From Harriotta raleighana (lineage: Eukaryota), in assembly GCA_050575255.1 (NCBI GenBank), contig JBNZDD010013698.1:4568588-4632587 (forward strand): a stretch of DNA of 64,000 nt, given 5' to 3'. Each line of letters opens with the position of its first letter. The stretch's first letter is position 1. The notes beneath the pieces are model-generated. The model was not told where the DNA came from and searched no databases. It saw only the letters and a list, made by a program, of their open reading frames with translations. This document shows, piece after piece, positions 1 through 12,140 of this stretch. The translations under genes were made by a program, and so were the position numbers.

Positions 1-215
1 TCGATTGGTGGATCGGGAGGTAAAGATTCCTTCAAAAAATATAATAGTGAATTGGTCACTATAATCTACGACTGTTTGTGGGACACTGCTGTGCACAATT
101 GGCTGCCACATTTTGCCCATAAAATATACACTTTACAGTGCATTCTGTGAAGAGCTTCAAGACATCTCGAGGACGTGATAAAGCGCTATATCGCTTCAAG
201 GATGATTACTATCAT
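1..215 (+). mobile_element. SINE 3' half; further partial copies at about 29030-29230(+), 30545-30700(-), 33140-33420, 35490-35685(+), 37045-37250(-), 46172-46355(-)
   Basis: tgtgggacactgctgtgc..ctgtgaagcgcttt..gcgctatatcaaatgcaagg(att)n. Confidence 0.85.
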
Positions 216-935
216 TAAACCTACATCTGCCTGTTCTTTCTTGATGCATCCAAAAATTGTGATTTGGGTTTACTTTTTCAATCGCATTTAAAATGGTAGA
301 TACCTCAACGAGATCCCAGCTCGTTTAATTGCTGCTCATAGCCTGGATCGATAGAGAAGTGCAGAAACATTTGCCAAAACTTGCAGGAAAATTTGAACAT
401 TTCACAGAAAATCACTGAATCACAACAGCGGGGCCTCCGAGTTGAATGAAGCCCATTTCCCACTTGCGCTGCACATCTGGAGCCACTCCGCCCACAGTGA
501 CGTTGGATAAACAGCACACAGGTCCAGGGCCAGAAACGATATTTGTAGCAGATTTGCAGCCGAGGGGGTGTTAATAATGGATTCCGCGGAAAAAGTGTGG
601 CCACATATTTCTATTGGCCCAGCTCATAGCTCATTCTTCTAACACTGGGGATCCTTCTCGTTGCTCTCTTAAAGTGCTTTGAGACGCTGTCTGGCATAGA
701 GGAGGCTATATAAATCGAAGTTGTTGTTGCTCTCCTCTGCCTTTAGGGCCCTTATGGTGACAAGAATTAGATGTAGTATCAAGGTATAGTTACCAGAGTA
801 TTGAGCTTGAGTATGACATCTGGGGATCTAAACTCAACTAATAGCAAAGGAAATTGTTTGGTCTACTTGATTTATCTTTCCAGAATACAAATCCTACCGT
901 ATTTCTACTTTAGCATCAAGCAGTATCTTAAATAC

Positions 936-1052
936 CCTGCTCGGTAACCTGTTGCAGCTGCTGATCACCCTCTGTGTAGATAAATATTACTCGTTCTCTG
1001 TCCTGAAATTGCTCTTCACAACCTTGAACTTGAGTCACATCACAAAGATTTA
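936..1052 (-). CDS. Candidate exon NLCDVTQVQGCEEQFQDRERVIFIYTEGDQQLQQ(VTEQ)
   Basis: tttccgttgccag acceptor, open frame within ORF 928-1110, donors gttacc or gtattt. Confidence 0.5.
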
Positions 1053-1133
1053 CTGGCAACGGAAATATAAATGTCCTTGTTTTTTTCTTCACACTTTTAT
1101 GTTTTACCAACAGACCTGAAACATCACATTTAC

Positions 1134-1170
1134 TGATATTCCAGAAGGCGTTACATTCACTGTGAATCTC
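1134..1170 (-). CDS. Candidate exon EIHSECNAFWNI
   Basis: aattctttcag acceptor; gtaaat donor (alternative gtctgt at 1115, same phase). Confidence 0.45.
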
Positions 1171-1789
1171 CTGAAAGAATTTGAGGAGCTATTAAAAAAG
1201 TAGGAAACACAGCAAAACCAAACCCAATAGATTCAAGATGGTTTTCTGTTTCGCTGCCTTAGCTATATTATACCCAGGATGGTCTATGTCACTAATCCCA
1301 ATAGCTATCATACTACACCGATTGAAGCAAAGACATGCTATTAAACAAACCAACCTGAATTGAATGGAATCAAGTAAGGTCCATACATCTTAGCCAAAAG
1401 AGTACTTTCATCAATCTATTATGCATTGCAGTGAAGTGGTTTAAATGAGACTGATTTGATTGAAGTGATTCAAATTAGTTTACTTCAAACTTCATTTCAC
1501 TTTACATTATTGCCACTCTCCAAGGATCACAGGTAATTAATCGATTCAAAACAGACCACGATTATCAAAGATTGTGTTGAGTTTCCGGTTTCAAAAACAT
1601 TTAAGGGATATGCAACTCTTTACCTTCAGTGAATCTTTAATAATAAATATTCCTTACATTTGATATAGCAACTTTCACATTATGAAGATATCTCAATGCG
1701 CTTCATAGCATTTAATGTGAAGTTCAGTGCCTTCGTATTTCTAGGGTCTACAGCCAATTTTGTGTATAGCACAGTCCCACAAATAGTCA

Positions 1790-2080
1790 TGAGGTGAAGA
1801 ATGACAAATTTTATCTGGGTGATTGTTGGCCAGGACACAGAGAGAAATTCCCTTCTGTTTTCAAATAGTGCCATGGAATATTTAACATCCATCTGAACAC
1901 GCAGACAAGACCTGGGTTTAATATCTTATATCTTATAATATCTTATAGATATCTTAATATCTTAGTAGGTGGCACCCCTAACAATGCAGCACATCCCCTG
2001 GCACTGCACTAATGCTAGGCTATGAGTTCAAAATCCTGATGTGGGGCTTGAAACTACATTCTTCTGATTCACAGACAGTA
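1790..2080 (-). mobile_element. Old Deu-domain-like SINE (SacSINE1/AmnSINE1-type)
   Basis: Reverse complement matches my recollection of the Deu domain (ccatggcactatttgaa, gtgtcctggccaa); a second copy lies at about 49070-49420. Confidence 0.7.
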
Positions 2081-2116
2081 TCCTTTATACCATTACAAAG
2101 GGCATAAAGGAGTTGT

Positions 2117-2340
2117 GGAGTCCTATAGTTTAGTGGTTAGAGCACTCGCCTCACAAGTGAGATAAGTTTCCTTACTCCCTAGATCCCTGTTCACCTAGTA
2201 ATAAATAGGAACACCTCCATCTCCTGTTGTTAGTCAATTGGCAGATCACTTTTCTGGGAATAATAATCCCTTCAAAAAAATGAAATGATAATTTTGTTAC
2301 TCAATCCACGACTGATTGAGAGACAATGCTGCATGCAGTT
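2117..2340 (+). mobile_element. tRNA-headed SINE variant with an extra central segment
   Basis: Head plus cctgttcacctagtaataaatagg segment absent from the other full-length copies. Confidence 0.75.
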
Positions 2341-2522
2341 ACTGAGCCCATAGTCTGGGTACTGATGAAAAGGTACTTTAGTTTATCAGAATAAAATCTA
2401 CTTTTCCCTCCATTAGTCTTCTTTAACATGTTTATTGGATTATAGGGTCAATTTTCCTCAATCAAGAAATCCATGTTAGAACTTCTGATAACTTTGAAGT
2501 ATATCATACACATCATGCGGAC

Positions 2523-2584
2523 TTGAGGGATGTTTGATCCAAAAAGATTGTGTTGGGAGCATTTTTTTTTGATCATCTGGGTGT
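2523..2584 (-). CDS. Candidate exon DTQMIKKKCSQHNLFGSNIPQ
   Basis: tttctgtgtgtgtcag acceptor; same 5' end as the exon starting at 4126; donor uncertain. Confidence 0.35.
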
Positions 2585-4064
2585 CTGACACACACAGAAA
2601 CACATTATTATTTAAGAGCATCCAAACCAGATTTACTATATGAATATGAATTTCCCTTATACTGTACATGAAAACTTCCCATGTTCGAGAATGGAATGTG
2701 CAATCTCTCCTGTGTGTTAATAATGTTGGAGCAGTGTTTCTGTAAGTCAGCCTCACAGACTTGAATTCTGCTCCTTTAAACTGTCGCTCTATTTCATTTT
2801 TGCAATGCAAAGAAATTCTGCAAATGAATATTCGATCATCACAGTCACCCTGTGATTTTAACAAGGATGGTGATGATGAAACTGCTCTTTAAGTCATAGA
2901 ATTGTAAAAAAAAACAGAATGAAGTGCAAGCTTTCTGCTCTGCTCAGGGGAGAAACATAAAAGGAAAAACGTACACATCTAACTCTGAAGTAAGCTTCAG
3001 CACGAACTAATACTGGCATTAAAAAAGCATAAGAGAGTTAACGGGCCGCTTGTGTGATGTCCATATGCTAGCCAAATATTGCACAGCCAGACGAACGAAG
3101 GAGGAAATGAGATCGAAATAGCAGTGGAATGTGCCATTCTTTTTCTATCAGTCATGGCTCTTCTATCTCTGATGTTAGAATAGGCTACATACCACAATGG
3201 GTCAACTACAATATTTTTAACGTTTGATTGACAAAAAGTCAGTTTTGTTTGAAATTCCAATCTTAAAATATTTCACACACTGAATTCCATCCATATAATT
3301 AAGGTACAACAGTTACTAATCTCAATGAATATGCACACACACAATACCATAACTGTACAGTAGCAGTGAATCTCCCTAGGTATTCGTTATTCAGAAAGGA
3401 ATTGGCCTTTTGTTCCGTCATTTAAGTCACTGCGCAGATACAGAACAACTGTCAATCACCATAAATTTAAGACTATTCCAGATAGATATATCCTCACCCT
3501 GAGGTATGGCCTGGACTTGAAACAGTTCAGAAAATCTAATTGTCCGCACGCATTGCAGCAACACAGAGGCAAATCCTGCAAGTAAACACCAGCAGCTGGA
3601 TAATACTTCATTTAATGGATATATACTTCAGAAAGATTAATGCAGTTTATTGAAATATTTACATTTACATCAAAAATAACCAATGATGCTTTCCACCAAA
3701 TTATACACATACGTTCTTGGCTGAACTTGACTTTCCAGTGTAATGACTACAAGTATTCTAAATGAAGGAATGTTAAGTGCTAAGTTGTAAGAATGTGGAA
3801 AAAGCTTCTGAATCAATGCCATATCATTTTAAGTGTAGGCTGTTTTCAACTGTTTTATCTGGGTACTATGTACAACGTTGTTAATCTACCAAAGACTAAA
3901 ATCTTCTCATTAGTGGCTAAAGTAATATAGCTGTTCTTCGTCGTACAATATTTAAATCAGTGTATGTTATTGATATCCTTATTTAATTTTTCAATGAATG
4001 TTCCCTTGGGTCTATTAAATGTTCTCCTTAATTAATCTCAAGACATTAACGTTTTGACAGGCAC

Positions 4065-4126
4065 CTCGACAAAGTTCTTCTGCATTGACAGTATGGGGAC
4101 TGATTTTTCTTGGGTCAGCTGGGTGT
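4065..4126 (-). CDS. Candidate exon DTQLTQEKSVPILSMQKNFVE
   Basis: ttttatttgtgtcag acceptor; donor uncertain; paralogous to the exon starting at 2584. Confidence 0.4.
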
Positions 4127-5574
4127 CTGACACAAATAAAATCCATCACCATGTTTCAGAGTATCCAAACCAGACAGAGTCTCACCTACATATGGAAATG
4201 TCTGTGTATGTGGAATGGAGCGTGCACTCTCTCCCTGGAGGGACTTATCCTGCTTACCTCATTCTGGAAAGTAATTAACGCAAAGCTTGGTGACTTTACA
4301 ATTCTGCCCCAAGCATCTCCATTCAAACAAATTCAGCCTTCACTTCAAATCTATGCAAATTTTGAACTGTAACAGAGATTACTGCTGTTCCGTTTTTGGA
4401 GTAAAAAAGGAAACCAGGCTGTTTTTTGAAATAATGGTAAGAGGGTCTTAAAAGCATGTTGTAAAAAGGCAGAAATTGACCCAAGAAGGTTGCGTTGACT
4501 ATTTGTAAGATTATAATCAAGTTTTAGAAATAACATCGGATTTTCCAAACACTACTGGAATTTAAATAGTGCTCATGAAATAATTTGATAAAACAAATGT
4601 CTACAATATGTAGATACATATTTTGCATGGTATGAATGACACAATCCACTTGCATCTAACAGTGAATGAACAAGTTTCAAAGGAAAAAAGAATGACAGTA
4701 TATGAAGAATCATACAAATAATTTAAATATTGCTTTCACTTGTTGCACATTGTTCTTTTGCAGGTTAGTTTACTTTGCTTACGTTTGTGCATATTGCCCA
4801 AATCACTGAATGTTCATTGTGGAGCAAACCTGTATGCAACACAATAATTAATATTTTTAATATTTGATTTATTGGTGCAAAACCAAGAAGTATGTTATGT
4901 AGTGACTCATATAGAGTACGCGCATGACAGGTTAAGCTTCTGGACCATGATCTGAGTTAGAGCTGTGGTAATTAACTACATTACCTCAGTTCCCTGCGCA
5001 AAGACATGAAAAAATCAGCAAAAATTTTTTGCTCCTGTTCACTATCCAATCACTTCTTTTGGAGAGTGTTCAAGTGTGGAAGCTTAATAAAAACAGGTTT
5101 GTTCCTGGAGTGTTGCTGGTGATAGAGGCAGTATCTCAATAAATATCAATCTCTTCAAGAAGGAAAGCAAAACAGTTTTTGCCTTGATTACCAGCTATCG
5201 CATAATAGATGCTAAATCAAATGTAAGAATTATTGTTCAGCCACATTTAAAAGAATTTAATTAATGATTGGAGCATTTCAGCTTTGATCTTTTTTCAGGA
5301 GAAATATGTGGACTGGTAGGAAAATCATTTCAGTAAAAGTGTCGTAAATGAAAACAATTGGATACTTACAATATATTAAAATACAATACAAATTTTCATT
5401 AATATAGCACGTTTCAGGTTGGGAGGACAATTGGATACTTACAATCTATTAATATACATTATACAATATATTAATATATTAAAATACAATACAAATTTAC
5501 ATTAATATAGCACACAAGGCACTTAACGATACCATTCCTATCCCTCAGTTCAGTCTTAAATGGAGATATACTGT

Positions 5575-5880
5575 AGTAGTGGGGACCTTATAGAGATATA
5601 CAAGATTTTAAATGTTATTGACAAAGTAAACACAAAACAATACTTTCAAAAGCACCAAGAAAGTAAAACTATAGGACACAGGTTTAGAGTAGCAACGGCC
5701 AATTTCAGGACAGCTACTTGAAGTATTTCTGGATTTGTAGACCTAGAGGGTAATTAATAACTGGAGCAGGTTATCAGTAAGGGTGCTTCAGGCCAGAACA
5801 CTGTACTCATTATAAAACAGCTTGATGTTGTGGTTAGAAAAAGTGGTGTGGGTATTCTGGAAGGATGAGATCAAATGCCA
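5575..5880 (+). mobile_element. Old CR1 3' fragment
   Basis: ggggaccttatagag..ggacaca sequence (GDLIE..YKI; T.GH motifs). Confidence 0.7.
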
Positions 5881-6419
5881 AAGGGAATTCTGCTGTTGTG
5901 ATGTGGTGGTGTGCATCAGTTATGCTGGATGAATGCTGATCAGAAGAGATATTGGATAAAGAAAACTTTATTCCATTTGTTCTTATTTACCAGAATATCA
6001 ACCGTATCATATTCTCATTATAGCATCAAGCCACTTCTTAACTGAATCCAATCTTCTGATTCAAGCACCACATATACAGAATGACCAAAAGGTTGTGATA
6101 TTACAATGCCTAATAAGTCTTAAACAAATAATTATTTTTAGATAATTGGGTAACTGAAATTTAAGATTTTGGGGTCACCTTGTGGTACTATCTAACCACC
6201 AACCTCTGTGCTATTATTGTGAATTGAATCATATTCTATCATCAGAATAACTTTGATGTGGTCTTTAATAAGAGCTCAGTGGTGAGCAGATTAGATCCAA
6301 ACTCTCCTGTCTATCATTCCCTGTCTCCCAATGGATTGGTTTCAAGTTTTTCAACTCAAACAACTTTCATTTTATACACTGTTCTTCATGTTTGGGTAAC
6401 ATTTAATAGCTGCTTGGTT

Positions 6420-6900
6420 TGATGCCAAATCAGGGTGGGGAAGAAAGTGGGGTGGGATTAATTGAAGGCATGGATTAATCCTCAAGTGTAATTGGAAGAT
6501 GGGCAGAGAGGGGGTAAAACGGAGGAATTGAGGCAAGGAGTTCCAGTGATTTAGGGCGGAGGAGCTGAATGCAAGTCCCCAATTAGGGAGAGGAGGGCAT
6601 GAGGGACCAGCTGAGCAAAGTTAGTGGGTAGATGAATGGAGTGTGAGAGGATTGGAGAGGTAGGGAGATGTGAGGGCATGAAGAAATTTGAAAGTGAGAA
6701 TGTAAGTGAGAAAGTAAAATTGATCTGATCTGTAATAGGGAGCCAGTGGAGTTTAGCAAGAATTGGGGTAATGGTCTTAGACAATCTGGTACAGGTGAGA
6801 ACATGGTGATTTTGAATGAGATGTGCCTTGTTAATGGTGGATTTTAGGAAAAATTGAGGTGGGAAGTGATGAAAGCATGAACGAAGGTTTCAGCAGCATA
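6420..6900 (-). mobile_element. Degraded L2 fragment
   Basis: ITPILAKLHWLPI motif. Confidence 0.75.
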
Positions 6901-7439
6901 AAAGTAAGATTTGTAAGTAACTTCAAATTTCTTCCCATCCTATCACTTCTTTAAATGACCTCTTCAATCGTGCTTACAGTCACCTTTCCACTTGCCCTTT
7001 CCTCAGCGCCGAAACCATTCTTATGAAGTGCTCCAAGCTGTTATCCTATGTGAAGGGCACAGTATAGATGCAAGTAGCTGTTTTTTTGGAATGACAAGGG
7101 TCCTTTAGCCAAGTTGTTCTGACAACATTTTTCTTCTATTATGTACCTTTTCAGATGCAAGAATAAAACTAAGAAAAGGCAGTCAGCCCACAGAATGCCA
7201 ATGCCACTGGAACAGGTGCAGCACTGATCAGTGCCAGCACTTTTAAGAGACACAGCTCTTGACTGTTATTTTGCAGTTTAACAATATCCAATGAAACTCA
7301 GATCATTTTGATCATATAATTATTCTTCAGTCCAATTAGAGCTGCTACAAACTTGAGTTAAGGATTTCAATTCTCTTGAATGACATGAAGAATATTAAAG
7401 GCGGTATACAAATCATCTCTGCACCTCCACAATAGAGGT

Positions 7440-8260
7440 GCTGATAGCATCAGCATCCACAGTTGCACACTCCACTTTATGAAGCCAGTCAGGAACCTGG
7501 GTGTCTTGTTTGACCCTGAATTATCCTTTCTTCCCCCACACCCGTTCCAGGACGAGCACTGCCTTCCACCACCTCCATAACATTGCCAGACTCCGCCACT
7601 GCTTCACCCCCTCAGGCTACCGAAACCCTTACCCATGCATTCGTCACATCAAAGCTTGACGACAGAAAATTCCTCCTCATTGGCATTCCCAACTCTTTCC
7701 CTTCACAAGCAGCAAATCATCCAATACTCTGCAGCTTGTATCCTCTCTCACACCAGGCTCCCCAGCCCCACCACTCTGAACCTCGCCCTGCTCCATTGGC
7801 TCTCTATCCACCGGAGGATAGAATTTAAGATCCTCGAACCCACTATCAAGGCCATCCATGGCCTTGCCCCTTCCTATCTCTCCAACCTGCTGACTCCCTT
7901 TCAACCTGCCTGTTCCCTCCATTCAGAGAGCTCTGGTCTGCTCCATGTCTCACACCCGACCCGCCCTACCATCGGCGGCTGGGCTCCGCCAGAGAAGCTC
8001 TGGGCAGCTTCTCTGCCCCTACCATCTGGAACTCAATCCCGCAGTCCCTCTGCATTGCTTACCTCCTTCAAGGCCGATCTCAAGACCAGCCTTTTCGACT
8101 GTGCCTTCAGCTGCCCTTCCACCTTTCTGTCTCCCCTCACTCTGCTCCGCCCTTACCCCATGCTCGGGTCCTGACCCCTGACTGCTCAGTGCCTTGGGAC
8201 GTCCTCCCTATGTGAAAGGTGCTATATAAGTGTAATTTTGTTGTTGTTTTGTTGTTGTTA
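7440..8260 (+). mobile_element. L2 LINE 3' fragment
   Basis: ORF2 C-terminal motifs (LHWL..RIEFKIL, LAPSYLS), 3' stem-loop and (ttg)n tail. Confidence 0.9.
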
Positions 8261-8483
8261 GGATACTCTTAATCATGGTGATGAATTACCACGTGTGTAA
8301 GACTGACACAAATTGAAGTTTGCAAAAGATTCCTTTAACGCACCTATCTCACCACCTAATAACCCTGAATCATTTGAATTTCCAGGAATGTGTCTCATTT
8401 CTTTTTAAGTTTTCTTGTTCCTCCATTTTTACACAATGGCGTCCAACACCATAGCATCGACCAGCACATTTTACAGGTCTCAC

Positions 8484-8531
8484 CTTTCACAGGAAATTCC
8501 ATCATAGAATTGCTAGATTGCATCTTGTATC
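8484..8531 (-). CDS. Candidate exon GYKMQSSNSMMEFPVK (phase 1 to 1)
   Basis: aatatcag acceptor, AAG|gtgaga donor, in phase with the previous exon. Confidence 0.45.
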
Positions 8532-9117
8532 CTGATATTTATGAACAAATGGACACTTGCAATCCTGATAGATGATGGTGTGTAATGAACTTGTAGTTCT
8601 TGTATAAGAAAAATGGGAAGCATACATGGAGGAGGCTTGAACTCCATTGAATTATCTCATGTGCCTCAGAATCTAGCTATCTTTCCTAAATGATTTCTCA
8701 GTGAAAGAGACCTATTCACCTGCCAACCGACTGAAAAGAAGAGCCAAATTTAACAATGAGGAACTTAGAGAAAATGTTAACATGATTCCGGAGCAGCAGA
8801 GCATTCAATGTCAATAGAACACTGTCTGGAAACTTTTACATTGAGACAAAGATGATCATATTCTGCCACAGACTACATTGGTTATTATGCATTATTTTAA
8901 TTTTCTACATCATTTTAACTTGCAGAATTCAACTAATAAGAAAATAATGTCTTATGTTATCATTAATATTTATATCTAGCGCAAAAAATACAAAGGAATT
9001 CTTGGGATAACATTGCAAAATAATTTGGATTAATCAATTTAGATATGTTCAATTCTCTAACACAGTTCAAGGACAACTGAGTTTGATTCCCTCCCTCCCA
9101 TTATACTATTTTCTTGC

Positions 9118-9148
9118 CTCGACTGAAGGATTCTGTTGGTGAAAGTCT
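9118..9148 (-). CDS. Candidate exon RLSPTESFSR with GC donor
   Basis: Strong tttcttctttccgcag acceptor, GAG|gcaaga donor. Confidence 0.45.
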
Positions 9149-9759
9149 CTGCGGAAAGAAGAAACATAATAAAAAGGACTGAATAGAATATAAATTATAC
9201 TGACAGTAATCGGGGAAAAATTCACTTATTCTGCCCAATAAAACCTGAGGCAAAAGTACAGTAACACAGTTATTCCCATTAGTCTTGTTTATGAAACACA
9301 TTAGCTTCCCTCAATTCATACTCTGCTTCTTTTCACACTTAAGAAACTTCCTTAACCACAGCTCATTTCAAGACCTACCAGCAAAGTGCTTTCATATTGG
9401 TAGAGCTTTCCTCAGGGGTGCTGTTATACATTCACCCAGGTCCCATGAGGCATTTAGCCCTTGGCATGGCTGTCAAATTTAAATAAATTATGCTCTAAAG
9501 CTTGTTCCACTTAAGTATATTCCATTTCTATTACAACAATAATTTGTCAGTTGTGCCCGGCCAGGTACAGTACCTGTCTTGCTAAATACCGCATCTAGCT
9601 TTCAAAGTACGATAGGTCCTTCTTCCGAGCAGAAAAACTGGTGGTTTATATTTGTGAAGGAGTCTTTAAAAGGGTATTTTGTAAAGCTTCACTGCTAAAC
9701 AGCACCAATTGGATTCACTTTAAGATCCTTAATGTTAAATTGAAATCCTTTCACACCTA

Positions 9760-10205
9760 ACTCTATCTCTCAGCTTCCAATCTCAATTACCGGCATCCTG
9801 ACTGCCAGCCTGTGTGACATCGAGTCCTGGACGAGGAACAACTTTATCCAGCTGAACATCAGCAAGCTGAGGCCCTCCTGATTGTCTTGCGTCAGCGCCT
9901 CCGCAGGATTAGCATCCATGGTTGCACACGAAGACAGTCAGGAACCTGGGTGCCTTGTTTGACCTTGAACTGTCCTTTCTCTCCACATCCGTGCCATGAC
10001 CAGCACTGCTTTCCACCACCTCCACAACATTGCCAGACTCCACCTCTGCTTCACCACTCAGGCTGCTGAAACCCTCACCTATGCATTCATCAAATCAAGG
10101 CTTGACTATGGAAGCTCCTTTCTCATCGGCGTTCCCAGCTCTTCCCTTCCTCTCCTGCACCAGGCTCCGCGACCCCATCACTCCCACCCTCGCCCGGCTC
10201 CATTC
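9760..10205 (+). mobile_element. L2 fragment
   Basis: AFHHLHNIARL..SRLDYG motifs. Confidence 0.85.
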
Positions 10206-10326
10206 GATTATTATTATTATTTTACCGTATATCCTGTGAATGTGCTTTGGGATAGACCTCTCCCCAAGTGAAATGTACCATGCCAAATGTAACGATTATC
10301 TATTCATTTATATTAGTAGAGCTTAC

Positions 10327-10358
10327 CTCAGGGATGTTGTTATACATATAGAATATAA
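10327..10358 (-). CDS. Candidate exon VIFYMYNNIPE (phase 1 to 0)
   Basis: Strong GAG|gtaagc donor; AT-rich weak acceptor. Confidence 0.4.
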
Positions 10359-11330
10359 CTTATAATTAAAATATTATTATTTATTTGCTCGTTGTTTGTT
10401 TACTGACATATTTATTAGTTTTAAGAGCAGAAAAATATCAAAGAGCTATAGTAGTTTGACACAACACACTGTCATGAATGATAGTCTTCTCACTCATAGC
10501 AGCCCCTCAAAAATATCCCTCATGACAGCACAGATTCAGTGTGCCACATTTCTGCAATGTCAAGCAGGCACTTTGTTGATATGGATCATGATCTTGTGAC
10601 TCAATTCATAAATGCTTTGGCCTCATCATCCTGTACCACCAAATAAAACAATCATTTCCCTATTTAGAAAAGCCAATTAGCACTAAAGAAAATTAAATGT
10701 GCAGACTGCATCAAATTTGTGAGTCAAGCCTTTCACTTCTTTACAACTGGATCTCTTCAAATCTAGGCAGTGTGAATATTTATTTGGCGCTCAGTGAATT
10801 ATGGAAGAAGCTCCATTGAAAATGCCATAGTGCTTTCACTCATGATGATTTGAAGAGAGCAAGAAAAGGGAAAGGTGGAATGAGAGCAAAAGTTATACCT
10901 ATTAACTATCATACACCACACTTCTAGAAGGCTTTCAGACATACTTGAGTCTGATTTGCAGGTTGTGTTAACAACCTATGTGAAAATTAAGGGGTGGATT
11001 AACTGTTTATTGAGGAGTTTTTACAGGTATCCCTAGATATCAAATGAACAATGAAAAGGTGCTAGGTAATTTGTGAATTTTTCTCAGTGATTTTTAATAA
11101 TGTAATTAGGAGAAGCTTTATGCATTTGCACATTTTCACAATCATTGCTAACTTGACCCGCAAATTAGACTCCATTATCTGCTCTAATAGTGCTTTCAAA
11201 AAAAAATTAAGAGTCAAAAAAATTGTTCAATATCAAGATAAAAGAAGTCAGCGGATATTAAACAATATCTTTGACTATAATTATTTTAAAAATAGTATTT
11301 TCTTTCAAGCACTGTTAGGTCATATTATTA

Positions 11331-12140
11331 CAACAACAACAACAAAATTAGACTTGTATAGCGCCTTTCACGTCGGGAGGATGTCCCAAAGCGCTGAATA
11401 GTCAGGTCGAGACCTGAGCATGGGGGGTACTATTGGGGGTAGGAGGAGGGGGAAGGAGAGTGGGAAGAGTTAGGGGGGAACCGAAGGCGCGGTCAAAGAG
11501 GAAGGTCTTGAGACCGGCCTTGAAGGAGGAAAAGGAGGAAGCAAGGCGGAGGGACTGCAGGTTGGAGTTCCAAAGTTTGGGGGCAGAGAGGCTGAAAGCC
11601 CGGCCACTGATGGATGGGTGGTTAGGGCGGTGGACGCGGAGCAGGCCTGAGTCTGCTGAACGAAGGATGCGGGCAGGATGATAGGGAGACAGCAGGTCAG
11701 AGAGATAGGCGGGAGCAAGGCCGTGAATGGCCTTGAAGGTGAAGACAAGGATCTTGAAGTTGATCCGCTGGGGGATGGGAAGCCAGTGGAGGCGGGCGAG
11801 GGTGGGAGTGATGTGGTCGCGGAGTCTAGTGCAGGAGAGTACACGGGCTGCAGAATTCTGAATGATCTGCAGCCTGTGAAGGGAGGAGTTGGGAAGGTCA
11901 ACGAGAAGAGAGTTCCCATAGTCAAGCCTGGAAGTGATGAAGGCGTGAATTAGGGTTTTGGCGGCATGGCGGTTGAGGTAGTGGCGGAGTCTGGCGATGT
12001 TGTGGAGGTGATGGAAGGCTGTGCCAGTCATGGAGCGGATGTGGGGCAGGAAGGATAGTTCAGAGTCGAACAAGATGCCCAAATTCCTGTTTGGCTTTGA
12101 GAGGTGGAGTGAACAGCCTTGGACGCTTACGTCATTGAAT
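11331..12140 (-). mobile_element. Young 5'-truncated L2 with uninterrupted ORF2 C-terminus
   Basis: 226-aa open frame (11402-12082), 3' tail (aac)n on the + strand. Confidence 0.95.

Noticed and set aside
1114-1203. Plus-strand exon with in-frame TGA (selenoprotein-like)
   Set aside because: Stops in all frames, no SECIS recognised; better explained by minus-strand exons.
5350-5515. Short direct repeats (also 1918-1963 and 49515-49561) as an array or CRISPR
   Set aside because: Simple local slippage duplications with no spacers, in a eukaryotic context.
9584-9663. Exon for the START C-terminal helix (LLHKYKPPVFLLGRRTYRTLKAR)
   Set aside because: Plausible, but its phase conflicts with the 10327 exon as modelled and the boundaries are ambiguous.
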